Assembly: GCA_002269645.1 (NCBI GenBank)
Contig: NIVC01002313.1
Location: forward strand, 1-64,000
From: Macrostomum lignano
Taxonomy: Eukaryota
Reading direction: 5' to 3'
DNA length: 64,000 nucleotides
Position numbers and translations under genes: made by a program. Positions 37,250 to 50,180 of the stretch are shown here, piece by piece. The notes under the pieces are model-generated. The model searched no databases, was not told the DNA's origin, and worked only from the letters and a program-made list of their open reading frames with translations. Position 1 is the first letter of the stretch, and each line of letters begins with the position of its first letter.

Positions 37250-37715
37250 TGTTCTGTCTACTCTTTCCTCTCCCCTATCCACTCTTTTACCTCTCCTCTC
37301 CCATATTCCTTCCCTTCTTTCCCTCTTTTCCCTCTTCTCTCCTCTCTCTACACTCTCATATCCTCTCTTTCTCCTCTTTTCTTCCCTCTCTACCCTCTTC
37401 TCTCCCCTTTCTCCCCTCTCTCCCCTCTCTCCCCTCTCTCCCCTCTCTCCCCTCTCTCCCCTCTCTCCCCTCTCTCCCTCATCTCTCCCCTCTCTTCCCT
37501 TTCCCCCTCTTCTCTTCCCTCCCCCCTCTTCTCTTCCCTCTCCACCCTCTTCTCTCCCCTCTTCTCTTCCCTCTCCACCCTCTTCTCTCCCCTCTTCTCT
37601 TCCCTCTCCACCCTCTTCTCTCCCCTCTTCTCTTCCCTCTCTCCCCTCTTCTCTCTTCTCTCCCCTTCTTTACCCTCTCCTATTCTCTCTCTCCTCCTCT
37701 CCTCTCCGCCTCTCC
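37250..37715. repeat. CT-rich low-complexity tract
   Basis: Directly follows the exon-2 donor on -. Confidence 0.9.
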
Positions 37716-37723
37716 CTTCTCAC

Positions 37724-37833
37724 CGTCGGCTTGGGTTTGCCCTTGGGCGGTGTGCAGGACATGAGCAGGTTGCTGGTGTCCAGGGGTACGTTAGCCGGCA
37801 GCGGGTCGAACTGGAACGAGTGCGACTCAAAGC
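37724..37833 (-). CDS. UNC5: UNC5 exon 2 (Ig2, first half)
   Basis: ttttcag|GC FESHSFQFDPLPANVPLDTSNLLMSCTPPKGKPKPT|gtgag; resembles 'FEQEPLAKEV...LPCRPPEGIPPAE'; phase 1-0. Confidence 0.88.
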
Positions 37834-38304
37834 CTGAAAAAGTTTTGTAAGAGACTATAGTTAGTATTGAATAGATTTTATATAGTTGTTAGGAAGAACA
37901 CTGACTATTCAACGCCTTCCATTTAGATTTGAATGCAAAATAGTGCATGAATGAGAAGAAAATTCTAGAATCGGATGAAAAATTCAATTTATCCTAAGTG
38001 ATTTCCGTCCCCCCCCCCCGAGTTGATGGCCATTAGAGACTGGAGCTTGAGCAGTGTTCTCAGAGTTCTCCGCTGACTCTTTTTGCCGCCAAATTGACTA
38101 TTTTTCTCTGCATATCTTGAAAACAAATTTGTATGAATAGATGCTTGGGTGTAGATTTCTCTGATAAAGCCCCATCCTCAGTGAGAAGTTATTTGTCTAA
38201 AAAGCGTTACATCTCTGAAATTCACGAGCATATACGCTCGGACACCGTACTTGAACTGTGTTTTAGGCTTAATATGACCCCTATACCCCCACTCCCACAC
38301 TCTA

Positions 38305-38735
38305 CCCGCGTTCATTTAATGGGATGCTGCTCCCCTCTACGCCCATTCCCTGTTCATTTAGTGGGGTGCTGCTGCCCCTCTACCCCTTTACCCCCGTTCC
38401 GCGCTCATTTAGTGGGGTGCTGCTGCCCCTCTACCCCCCTTACCCCGTTCCCCGCTCATTTAGTGGGGTGCTGCTGCCCCTCTACCCATCTACCCCCGTT
38501 CCCCGCTCATTTAATGGGGTGCTGCTGCCCCTCTACCCATCTACCCCCGTTCCCCGCTCGTTTAGTGGGGTGCTGCTGCCCCTCTACCCATCTACCCCCG
38601 TTCCCCGCTCATTTAATGGGGTGCTGCTGCCCCTCTACCCATCTACCCCCGTTCCCCGCTCGTTTAGTGGGGTGCTGCTGCCCCTCTACCCATCTACCCC
38701 CGTTCCCCGCTCATTTAGTGGGGTGCTGCTGCCCC
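38305..38735. repeat. 51-bp minisatellite (contains GGGGTGCTGCTGCCCC)
   Basis: About 8 copies. Confidence 0.93.
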
Positions 38736-39349
38736 TAACTCCGTTTCCACATTGTGTTTAAGAGTGATCCTCCTATCTCCGCTGCAGCCAAAAAGACGAG
38801 GTACGAGCTACTGCCAGGAAAAAATCATAACTAATTTTGCATTCTCTAGAAAGTCCCTAACATACATGTATGCTTTTAGGCGTCCAAGGAATAGTTTGGT
38901 GCTACATGTAAGTCTCAAATTCCTCGCGGCATCACCTTCCCATTCAATAGTGTGCGTTCGTCAATTCCTAGCAGCTTATCTTATCTCTCAGCCAGAGCGC
39001 CGAGGCCCTTGTCCGACCCTGAGAGGTAATTAAAAACACGAGAAAACCGTCTGACAAAAGCTGATGAACAATTTTCTAGTTTTCCCAAAAGAAGCTTTAT
39101 CTATAGCATCCCATTTCCCATCATCAGTATTGCTTTTCCCCATCTTGTATAGGAATGCAGCACACCACCAGCGCGTCTGTCAGTCAGCATTTCAGCGTAT
39201 TATCAAACAGTCTAAAGAGTTGTGTAATAAAATCCACCAAAATGCTACTCATTTTCTGTATGCTTTACCGGAGAATGCGATGCTTAAAAAACAATGGACT
39301 TTAAAGTCTAGGAGCAAACTGAAAGCAGTCCATCTGTTCACGTCCCTGT

Positions 39350-40070
39350 CCATATGTGTTCTATCACTCTGTCTATCTGTGTTCTATCTCCCTGTCTAGC
39401 TGTATTCTATCTCCGTGTCTATCTGGGTCCCTTTCTATCTGTGTTTCATCTTTGTCTATCTATGTTCTATCTCCCTGTCTATCTGTGTTCTATCTCCCTG
39501 TCTATCTGGGTTCCATCTCCCTGTCTATCTGGGTTCCATCTCCCTGTCTATCTGTGTTCTATCTCCCTGTCTATATGTGTTCTATCTCCCTGTCTATCTG
39601 GGTTCCATCTCCCTGTCTATCTGTGTTCTACCTCCCTGTCTACTCTTTGTTCTATCTTCCTGTCTATCTGGGTTCTATCTCCCTGTCTATATGTGTTCTA
39701 TCTCCCTGTCTATCTGGGTTCCATCTCCCTGTCTATATGTGTTCTATCTCGCTGTCTATCTGGGTTCCATCTCCCTGTCTATCTGTGTTCTATCTCCCTG
39801 TCTATATGTGTTCTATCTCCCTGTCTATATGTGTTCTATCTCCCTGTCCATCTGGGTTCCATCTCCCTGTCTATCTGTGTTCTATCTCCCTGTCTATCTG
39901 TGTTCTATCACCATGTCTATCTGGGTTCTATCACCATGTCTATCTGAGTTCTATCTCCATGTCTATCTGTGTTCTATCTCTCTATTTATTTGTGCCCTAT
40001 CTCCCTATCTGTGTTCTATCTCCGTCTGTATGTGTTCTATCTCTCTGTCTATCTATGTTCTATCTACCTG
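39350..40070. repeat. 23-bp array (TTCTATCTCCCTGTCTATCTGTG)
   Basis: About 30 copies. Confidence 0.9.
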
Positions 40071-40789
40071 CTTCTTACTTTCTATTTTCATTTAACTAGC
40101 TAAACTAATTAGCATAAATTGGAAGTCAAATACTTTCAATTGCAACAGAAAATCAGGCATCTCAGAATAGGGATTTCACTCACACCGGAACTTTCGGCAA
40201 CCACTCCAACAACTCTCTGTCGGATGTCTGGGAAGTGCGCTACGTCGCTTCCTCAAAAAAAGTCTCAAGAATTCTGCGATCTCCCTTACTGATTAAGTCA
40301 AAGTTACAAGGTCAAGTCAAACTAGGGGCTTTCTATAAATCATTTCCCTCGTCTTCCCATCGGCCCAAATCCCATCGATCGGTCATCGTCAAGCGCCGGT
40401 GTCAACTCATTATTATGGCTCTATTGTTGAGAGTAGGAGCTTCTCAGCCCCATGTGGCATGTGGCTACTAGTCATTAATTTAGTCTTTGTGCAACCGCAC
40501 GCATATATTATATACATGCAGAGATCTATTGAAGCGTAACAAAGACCGGAACAGCAACCACAGCGCGCGCAACGGGGGGTCCAGTCCCAGTTCTTGGTTG
40601 AAATCGAAAACTTCGTTGCGTAACTTTTCTCTGCTTGTAAGCCTTGTAAGCTTTGTAAGAGCATTAGAAACTTGATCTGGTTGTATGATACACGCTATAG
40701 GTTTATTATAGTGTCTTCGGAAAGAAACCGAATAAATAATTCTGACAATAACAATTTTTAACCGCGAGCTGGATAGTAATACATACAGA

Positions 40790-41612
40790 GAAGAGTTTTG
40801 AGAAGAGGGGAAAGAGAGGGTAAAGATTAAGGAAAAAGAGGGTACAGAGGGGATAAAAAGAGGGCACAGAGAGGGCAACGAGAGGGGAAAGAGAAGGTAA
40901 AGAGAGGGAAGGTAAAGAGAGGGTAAAGAGAGGGGAAAGAAAGGGTAACGAGAGGGCGAAGAGAGGGGAAAGAGAGGGTAACGAGAAGTCAAAGAGAGGG
41001 GAAAGAGAGGGTAACGAGAAGTCAAAGAGAGGGGAAAGAGAGGGTAACGAGAAGTCAAAGAGAGGGTAAAGAGGGGGCAAAGAGAGGGGAAAGAGTGGGG
41101 AAAGAGAGGGTAAAGAGAGGGTAAAGAGAGTGAGGGTAAAGAGAGGGTAAAGAGAGGGTAAAGAGAGTGAGGGTAAAGAGAGGGTAAAGAGAGGGTAAAG
41201 AGAGTGAGGGTAAAGAGAGGGTAAAGAGAGTGAGGGTAAAGAGAGGGTAAAGAGAGGGTAAAGAGAGTGAGGGTAAAGAGAGGGTAAAGAGAGGGTAAAG
41301 AGAGTGAGGGTAAAGAGAGGGTAAAGAGAGGGTAAAGAGAGTGAGGGTAAAGAGAGGGTAAAGAGAGTGAGGGTAAAGAGAGGGTAAAGAGAGGGTAAAG
41401 AGATTGAGGGTAAAGAGAGGGTAAAGAGAGGGTAAAGAGAGTGAGGGTAAAGAGAGGGTAAAGAGAGGGTAAAGAGAGTGAGGGTAAAGAGAGGGTAAAG
41501 AGAGGGTAAAGAGAGTGAGGGTAAAGAGAGGGTAAAGAGAGGGTAAAGAGAGTGAGGGTAAAGAGAGGGTAAAGAGAGGGTAAAGAGAGTGAGGGTAAAG
41601 AGAGGGTAAAGA
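40790..41612. repeat. GA-rich 11-bp array (GAGAGGGTAAA)
   Basis: Tandem copies with periodic GAGAGTGAGGG variants. Confidence 0.93.
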
Positions 41613-42159
41613 GACGCAAAACATCTCTACTGTATTCGGCCTCGCAGTGAGCCATTGTTCATCCCAAGCCAACCGGCGTACATGCGGATGAACAAGAATC
41701 GATTTTCGAGCTACACCAGGCTCGGAGCACAGTGAGTACCCAGTTTCCATTCTCCAACCGGCAACGAAGGCAGACCAACTCAAGCGGCAACTTCGAACTT
41801 TGCGAAAATTTATTTGCAACCAATTCAGATTAAAAAATAAATGAAGCTTTCGCAATTCAAAAATTCAACTTCCATTGTTTCAAATAGTTTGTTTCATTGA
41901 ATTGGATACAATTTTTAAAAAAACCTCTTTCATTAGAGCTTGATTCAGAAGTTTAAAAAATGATACATTTGTTTTTCCTGCCTTCTAATTATTTTGTCTG
42001 GTTTTATTTTTAAGAAAGCTAGAGTTTAGATTATGTTTGGTTAAAGATATTTATTGGGTAAATAATGTCAGAATAGTAATTCTCCTTCTGTAAATAGGGA
42101 GCAAGAAAAATTCACAGATTTTTTGAAAGAAAATTAGCGACTGCTGACTTGAGCGTCAT

Positions 42160-42668
42160 ATCTAGAACTGATTTCAGGCGCCATATCTAACTGACTTTAG
42201 GCGCCATATCTAACTGACTTCAGGCGCCATATCTAATTAGTTCAGGCGCCATATCTAACTAGTTCAGGCGCCATATCTAACTGACTTCAGGCGCTATCTC
42301 TAACTGACTTCAGTCGGCATATCTAACTGATTTCAGGCGCCATATCTAACTTGTTCAGGCGCCATATCTAACTGACTTCAGGTGCCATATCTAACTGACT
42401 TCAGGCGCCATATCTAACTAACTTCAGGCGCTATCTCTAACTGACTTCAGTCGGCATATCTAACTAACTTCAGGCGCTATCTCTAACTGACTTCAGTCGG
42501 CATATCTAACTGACTTCAGGCGCCATCTCTAACTGACTTCAGGCGCCATCTCTAACTGACTTCAGGCACCATCTCTAACTGACTTCAGGCGCCATATCTA
42601 ACTGACTTCAGGCGCCATATCTAACTGACTTCAGGCGCCATCTCTAACTGACTTCAGGCGCCATCTCT
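42160..42668. repeat. 23-bp minisatellite (ATCTAACTGACTTCAGGCGCCAT)
   Basis: About 22 copies starting about 27 nt past the exon-1 donor. Confidence 0.95.
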
Positions 42669-42695
42669 CCTCATATGTTCCCACAATAAACTCAC

Positions 42696-43167
42696 CAGCT
42701 AATCTCACGGTACCCTTCGAGCTGAGTATTTTCCTGTAGTCATTGCCCAGGCCGGGGATCCTCGCCCAAGCCTCGCACTGGCAGTAGAAGGCATCGCCGC
42801 GCCACTGCCTCACCAGATCGTAGCCAATCGCCAGGTGGAAATTCTGCCTATCTGGCCGGTCAACATCGTGGGCAACTTCCACTTTCTGCTCCAACATTTT
42901 GCCGTTGCAGTGGATGGTCATGTAGGTGGCGTGCTTGGCTGTGCACCTGATGACTGCAGGCTGGCTGGCAGATGTGAAGTACTGCTCGTCCGGCTCTTTG
43001 ACAAATCTCGGAGCTCCTGGCAGAGTTTTCTCATCGTCGCTGAGAAGTTTCACCGCGGTGCCTGTAAGCATGGTATCGGCTGCGTTGCTTGATAAAGGCA
43101 ACTCTATTAGGAGCAGAAAACTAATTATTGCTGTTTGAAGGCAAGCTAGACTGTTAAAACCTGCCAT
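42696..43167 (-). CDS. UNC5: UNC5 proximal exon 1 (signal peptide and Ig1); internal phase-1 acceptors at 43079 and 43061
   Basis: aaaATGG start; MAGFNSLACLQTAIISFLLLIELPLSSNA-, then PRFVKEPDEQY...IRCTA...IHCNG...FYCQCEAW...GTVRLA G|gtgag. The ORF track start at 43191 is a TTG. Confidence 0.85.
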
Positions 43168-43239
43168 TTTAAACGGCTGCTTCGTCGTCAAAACCTTCCC
43201 AGAGTCAGAAGTTGCGACTCTTTTGTTGGCATGTTATTA

Positions 43240-43325
43240 TTTTATATCAAGTTTTACACTGCCTAGAGCAGGAATCCCACCAGTCCTCGCGATAGCCAAT
43301 GAGAGCCGTCCTGCTCTCTGATTGG
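43240..43325 (-). promoter_or_regulatory. Candidate proximal UNC5 promoter (TATA plus two CCAAT boxes)
   Basis: TATAAAA on - at 43246-43240; CCAAT on + at 43296-43300 and on - at 43325-43321, upstream of ATG 43167. Confidence 0.4.
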
Positions 43326-43455
43326 CTGGCTCGATGCAAACCCTGCCCCGTCCACTATTCTATGCATTTGCCTCTTCGCGATAATTAGTATAATTATGAA
43401 TTGGGAAATTCATTTGGACTCCTAATCATTTTTATGTTTAAATGTCTCATTATTG

Positions 43456-44600
43456 TATCTGATGTGTGCCATTCCTGTTATCTGATGTGTGCCATTCTGG
43501 TATCTGATGTGTGCCATTCCTGTTATCTGATGTGTGCCATTCTGGTATCTGATGTGTGCCATTCTGTTATCTGATGTGTGCCATTTCTGTTATCTGATGT
43601 GTGCCATTCCTGTTATCTGATGTGTGCCATTCTGTTATCTGATGTGTGCCATTCCTGTTATCTGATGTGTGTCATTCCTGTTATCTTATGTGTGCCATTC
43701 TGGTATCTGATGTGTGCCATTCTGATATCTGATGTGTGCCATTCTGGTATCTGATGTGTGCCATTCTGTTATCTGATGTGTGCCATTCTGGTATCTGATG
43801 TGTGCCATTCTGTTATCTGATGTGTGCCATTTCTGTTATCTGATGTGTGCCATTCCTGTTATCTGATGTGTGCCATTCTGTTATCTGATGTGTGCCATTC
43901 CTGTTATCTGATGTGTGCCATTCCTGTTATCTTATGTGTGCCATTCTGGTATCTGATGTGTGCCATTCTGATATCTGATGTGTGCCATTCTGGTATCTGA
44001 TGTGTGCCATTCTGTTATCTGATGTGTGCCATTTCTGTTATCTGATGTGTGCCATTTCTGTTATCTGATGTGTGCCATTCTGATATCTGATGTGTGCCAT
44101 TCTGGTATCTGATGTGTGCCATTCCTGTTATCTGATGTGTGCCATTCTGGTATCTGATGTGTGCCATTCTGGTATCTGATGTGTGCCATTCTGGTATCTG
44201 ATGTGTGCCATTCCTGTTATCTGATGTGTGCCATTCTGGTATCTGATGTGTGCCATTCTGGTATCTGATGTGTGTCATTCTGGTATCTGATGTGTGCCAT
44301 TCCTGTTATCTGATGTGTGCCATTCCTGTTATCTGATGTGTGCCATTCTGGTATCTGATGTGTGCCATTCTGATATCTGATGTGTACCATTCTGGTATCT
44401 GATGTGTGCCATTCTGGTATCTGATGTGTGCCATTCTGATATCTGATGTGTACCATTCTGGTATCTGATGTGTGCCATTCTGATATCTGATGTGTGCCAT
44501 TCTGATATCTGATGTGTGCCATTCTTGTTATCTGATGTGTGCCATTCTGGTATCTGATGTGTGCCATTCTGGTATCTGATGTGTGCCATTCTGGTATCTC
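43456..44600. repeat. 22/23-bp satellite (TATCTGATGTGTGCCATTCTGG)
   Basis: About 50 copies just upstream of the proximal promoter. Confidence 0.97.
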
Positions 44601-45129
44601 TGGCATTCGGCCAAAAATACTCAGATTGATAGCAGTTTAATTGGGGTCAGAGTCAGATCCGAGAGCCACTTGTGTGCAAACAATAACAAAAATGAATTTG
44701 GCTAATCCTCTTCCACGCTGACAGAATTGCCCTATGGTTAAAAAAGTGATTTGGAGTGGATTTTATTGCCTTTTCTGCAGCATCCCAGAAGCCAGGAATT
44801 CAAGATCTGAAGCCCGATGAGGCGGGAGGAGGGTAAGGAAGCTGGGACCAGGGGGGGTTGAGGGTCAAAAAAGGAAGGACTGTCGAAGCAGCGGTGACAA
44901 ACGGAAATATTGGCAGTGACAATTGCTGGCAAGTATATGTTGGCGCGGTTGGCAACAACTGCAAGTAATACGCATACAAGTTGAAGAACGGTTCGACTGC
45001 TTTCCAAGATGCTCTACGTTGATAATACTGTGCGAGAATTCCTGAAACTTTTGTCTTGTCTCCGTTAAACACAATCTTCTGGCGAAGGCTGTTTTTCTGG
45101 CAATGGAGGACTTTGTTCAGCGATTTCAC

Positions 45130-46080
45130 TCCCCTGCTCACTCTCCTGCACCTCTGCTCACTCTCCTGCACCTCTGCTCACTCTCCTGCACCTCTGCTCA
45201 CTCTCCTGCACCCCTGCTCACTCTCCCGCAACTCTGCTCACTCTCTTCTCTCGTGTCCCTGCTCACTCTCCTGCACCTCTGCTCACTCTCCTGCATCTCT
45301 GCTCACTTTCCTGCACCTCTGCTCACTCTCCTGCACCCCTGCTCACTCTCCTGCAACTCTGCTCACTCTCTTCTCTCGTGTCCCTGCTCACTCTCCTGCA
45401 CCTCTGCTCACTCTCCTGCATCTCTGCTCACTTTCCTGCACCTCTGCTCACTTTCCTGCACCTCTGCTCACTCTCCTGCACCTCTGCTCACTCTCTTGCA
45501 CCCCTCCTCACTCTCCTGCACTTCTGCTCACTCTCCTGCACCTCTGCTCACTCTCCTGCACCTCTGCTCACTCTCCTGCATCTCTGCTCACTCTCTTGCA
45601 CCCCTCCTCACTCTCCTGCACTTCTGCTCACTCTCTCGCATCTCTGCTCACTCTCCTGCACCTCTGCTCACTCTCCTGCACCTCTGCTCACTCTCCTGCG
45701 CCTCTGCTCACTCTCCTGCACCTCTGCTCACTCTCCTGCACCTCTGCTCACTCTCTTGCACCTCTGCTCACTCTCCTGCACCTCTGCTCACTCTCCTGCA
45801 TCTCAGCTCACTCTCTTGCACCCCTCCTCACTCTCCTGCACTTCTGCTCACTCTCTAACATCTCTGTTCACTCTCTAACATCTCTGCTCACTATCTAACA
45901 TCCCTGCTCACTATCTAACATCTCTGCTCACTCTCTAACCTCTCTGCTCACTCTCTAACATCTCTGCTCACTATCTAACATCTCTGATCACTATCTAACA
46001 TCTCTGCTTACTCTCTAACATCTCTGTCCACTCTATAACGTCTCTGCTCACTCTCTAACATCCCCGCTCACTCAGCCACA
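45130..46080. repeat. 20-bp satellite (CTCTGCTCACTCTCCTGCAC)
   Basis: About 47 copies; monomer switches to ...CTCTAACAT near 45850. Confidence 0.95.
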
Positions 46081-46764
46081 CTCTCACTTTCTCCCTCTCC
46101 CCCTCTGCTCCTCAGGTGGACCGGCCGTCCCAGACGAGAGAATGCACAAGGAAGATGGCAATGAGGAGACAAAGGAAGACACGGAGAGAAGGGATTTCAC
46201 CGTATAGGAAACGAACTGGGGAGATTTGTCTCGAACAGATGACTAGGGGGGAAGACAGAGAGAGGGATGAGAATGGAAAATTGATTATGATGATGACGGG
46301 TTTGAGATGCAGATCCGACTTGAGAGTAATCTGATTTCTGCCCAGGTTAGCTGTGGGAGGATTAGGGCAGAGGGGATAAGCATGACTGCAAATGCGCCTT
46401 CAAAAAAGAGCTGGAAAAATGTCAGCCTCGATTTCGTCCCAGTAAGTCAGTTTTTCCATCTTCGCGATATTTTTTCTTTTGTGAAGCTCACGGAAATCAC
46501 GATATCTAGCTGGGGCCCAGCTTCCTAGTTAGATGAGGCCCGGATCGCTTGCAGGAGAAGCCGCGTCAGGTGCGGCACGGCAGGAAAAAGAAAAAAAACA
46601 AAGAGGGGTTGCTGTGCCACTGCCAGATTTCTTTGAGCATGATGGATATGGGTTTACGTGAGCACATGTGGAGAGGGATTCGGTGGGTCAGAGAGGGTCA
46701 GAAAGTGTCAGGGAGAGTCAGAGAGGATCATAGAGAGTCATAGGCCTAATGTGTCAGAGACAGC

Positions 46765-47190
46765 CAGACAGAGCCAAAGAGGGTCAGAGAGGGTCAGAAA
46801 GAGTCAGATAGGGTCAGAGAAGGTCAGATAGGGTCAGAGAGGGTCAGAGAGGGTCAGAGAGGGTCCGATAGGGTCAAAGAGGGTCAGAAAGAGTCAGATA
46901 GGGTCAGAGAGGGTCAGAGAGGGTCAGAGAGGGTCAGAGAGGGTCAGAGAAGGTCAGATAGGGTCAGAGAGGGTCAGATAGGCTCAAAGAGGGTCAGAGA
47001 GGGTCAAAGAGGGTCAGAAAGAGTCAGATAGGGTCAGAGAGGGTCAGAGGGTCAGAGAGGGTCAGAGAGGGTCAGAGAGGGTCAGAGAGGGTCCGATAGA
47101 GTCAAAGAGGGTCAGAAAGAGTCAGATAGGGTCAGAGAGGGTCAGAGAGGGTCAGAGAGGGTCAGAGAGGGTCAGAAAGGGTCAGATAGG
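46765..47190. repeat. 10-bp repeat (GGGTCAGAGA)
   Basis: About 40 copies. Confidence 0.93.
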
Positions 47191-47877
47191 TTTAAAACGG
47201 TAGAGGGGATTTTTAAAGGGTCAAAGAGGGCCAGTGTCGGTAAGAGAGAGAGAGAGTAATAGCGGGAGAAAGAGGGTCAGCAAGGTTCATAGAGGGTAAA
47301 ATAATTTTTACGAATGACCAGCAAGGCAGATACAAATTCAAAAGATTTCAACAGCTCAGACAGTCTGCAAGAAGCATATTATGCTCTATAGTAGACATGG
47401 GCATAGTAAACTGCAGTTGCAGATGCAACGCTTGCGAAGCCACAGCACCCGGTGACAGCTGGAGCTGATGACAACAAACAGAGCCGAGAGGGGAGCCACG
47501 CTTTGCCGGCTTGGCAACAGCAGAAGCGGCAAAGGACCGGGGAGGACAGCCGGGGCACAGCATGCCAGAAGCCATCAACGCTGGGGGGAGGGGGTTAGAA
47601 TCATTTCATCATCATTCTTAGCCATCGCTTGTGAAAGCAAGGAGAAGACTTCCAATAATAGACCGACAGGGGGGGGGGGGCTTTGGGATATGCGATTAGC
47701 ATCAGCTGAATGGGGATCAAGCCTTTCTCGCAGTCTCTGCCCGCGCTTTCACTGGCTTCTCTGTGTCATTGTGGACTTACTGGGCATGCTTCACCAGCTG
47801 TGAGTGAATCTCTGGCTTTTGCTTTTACTGCCGTGTCTCCAATCTCTCCTTCACCTTGGATCTCATCTCAGCTGTGT

Positions 47878-48645
47878 GCTCACTCTGGTGTCTCCAGTCT
47901 GTTCACTCTGGTGTCTCCTGTCTGTTCACTCTGGTGTCTCCTGTCTGTTCACTCTGGACTCTCCAGTATATTCACTCTGGACTTTCTAGTCTTTTCACTC
48001 TGGTGTCTCCTGTCTGTTCACTCTGGTGTCTCCTGTCTGTTCACTCTGGTGTCTCCTGTCTGTTCACTCTGGACTCTCCGTTCTGTTCACTCTAGTGTCT
48101 CCTGTCTGTTCACTCTGGTGTCTCCAGTCTGTTCACTCTGGTGTCTCCAGTCTGTTCACTCTGGACTCTCCGGTCTGTTCACTCTAGTGTCTCCAGTCTG
48201 TTCACTCTGGACTCTCCGGTCTGTTCACTCTAGTGTCTCCTGTCTGTTCACTCTGGTGTCTCCAGTCTGTTCACTCTGGACTCTCCGGTCTGTTCACTCT
48301 AGTGTCTCCTGTCTGTTCACTCTGGTGTCTCCAGTCTGTTCACTCTGGTGTCTCCAGTCTGTTCACTCTGGTGTCTCCTGTCTGTTCACTCTGGACTCTC
48401 CGGTCTGTTCACTCTGGTGTCTCCAGTCTGTTCCCTCTGGTGTCTCCTGTCTGTTCACTCTGGTGTCTCCTGTCTGTTCACTCTGGACTCTCCGGTCTGT
48501 TCACTCTGGTGTCTCCAGTCTGTTCCCTCTGGTGTCTCCTGTCTGTTCACTCTGGTGTCTCCTGTCTGTTCACTCTGGTCTCTCCTGTCTGTTCACTCTG
48601 GTGTCTCCTATCTGTTCACTCAGGTCTCTCCAGTCTGTTCACTCT
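47878..48645. repeat. 23-bp satellite (CACTCTGGTGTCTCCTGTCTGTT)
   Basis: About 33 copies. Confidence 0.95.
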
Positions 48646-49457
48646 ATGGTCACTCCTATGACTGGACCATCGTACTTACGTCTGATTTTTCAATTTCTTA
48701 ATTTGCTGTTTTCAAATTCTGTTTCTGAATGAAACATAAATTCTACTCAAAATCGTCAGTCTATCAGGCAGTCGCCAGTAGCACATTATCAAGATTTGCT
48801 TTGGCAGAAAAAAAATTATCTACTGTTTCATACCTCCCATGCACGCGACCATGGGATCTATATCTGGGGAATTTTATACAATCTAGATGCTTCCCAAGTC
48901 TTTGTTTATTCATTTCAAGAGGACTTCATAGATTAAGCTTATCCAACCGTTATCCAACGCAGGGCCAGGTTCTCAAAGATAAACTGAAAATCGAATGGCC
49001 CAGCGTCTGCGATGATGCGTGCCACGCGAAAAAGCCTTGGACAAAGACTGCTGGCTCTTTGTTTCTAGAATTCTGAAGATTTTGATAAGCATCTGGCAGC
49101 CGGGGAGAGGAAACTAAAAAACAACTATTCGAAAAAAGCAAGCTATATAGGATATTTTTTCTTTGCATACAGCAAGAAAGTCAATCTCCGCTCTCTTAAT
49201 GAGGACAAATGAGGGGAGCCGAGGCCTCCCACATGCACCGGCGGCCCTTCTGTGTGCGGTGCATGTGCTTTTTTCCCGCTCTTCGTCCCGTTGAAAAATA
49301 ACCAAGCAAAAAACGAGACACTCCTTTGATGGCTGACACTCACTGAGTCATCAGGAGCCCCGATTTTGGCGGATATTAGGTAGGTAGGCAAGGGGTTTTA
49401 GCTTTCAGGATCTCCTGTCAGATATTCGACGGAAAAGTGCTTCGAGTCGGGCCCTCA

Positions 49458-50180
49458 TTATCCAACACACCTGTATCTAACACACCTGTATCTAACACAC
49501 CTGTATCTAACACATCTGTATCTAACACACCTGTATCTAACACACCCGTATCTAACACACCTATATCTAACACACCCGTATCTAACACACCTCTATCTAA
49601 CACACCTGTATCTAACACACCAGTATCTAACACACCCAGTTGCGGATCCAGACCAGAAATTTTTGAACGGGAGGGCGCGCCCCTGTTTCATTATATGTAC
49701 CTGATAATTTGTATTTTCCATATAATAAAATAAAAAATCTAACTCCTCGGGGGGCGTGCGCCCTGTGCTCCCCCCTCTAAATCCGCTACTGAACACACCT
49801 GTATCTAACACACCCGTATCTAACACACCTGACTCTAATACCCGTATCTAACACACCCGTATCTAACACTGCTCTATCTAACACACACGTATCTAACACA
49901 CCAGTATCTAATGCACCCGTATCTAACAGACCCGTATCTAACACATCCGTATCTAACACACACGTATCTAACACACCAGTATCTAACACACCCGTATCTA
50001 ACACACCTGTATCTAAAAAACCCGTATCTAAAAAACCCGTATCTAACACACCCGTATCTAACACACTCTATCTAACACACCCGTATCTAATACACCCGTA
50101 TCTAACACACCTGTATCTAACACACCCGTATCTAACACACCTGTATCTAACGCACCCGTATCTAACACACCCGTATCAAA
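49458..50180. repeat. 15-bp satellite (GTATCTAACACACCT), split by the MITE
   Basis: Arrays on both sides of 49637-49791. Confidence 0.95.
49637..49791. mobile_element. 155-bp hAT-type MITE inserted in a 15-bp satellite
   Basis: Ends CAGTTGCGGATCCAGA and TCTAAATCCGCTACTG (13/16 inverted match); 8-bp TSD AACACACC at 49629-36 and 49792-99; no coding capacity. Confidence 0.85.

Noticed and set aside
40183-40226. 44-nt AG...GTGAGT-bounded pseudo-exon in UNC5 intron 1
   Set aside because: It would shift the frame, and exons 1 and 2 already join in phase.
47348-47600. GC-rich island with a strong - acceptor (cccccccag) and a 76-aa ORF
   Set aside because: No good donor, no homology, no phase fit to UNC5.
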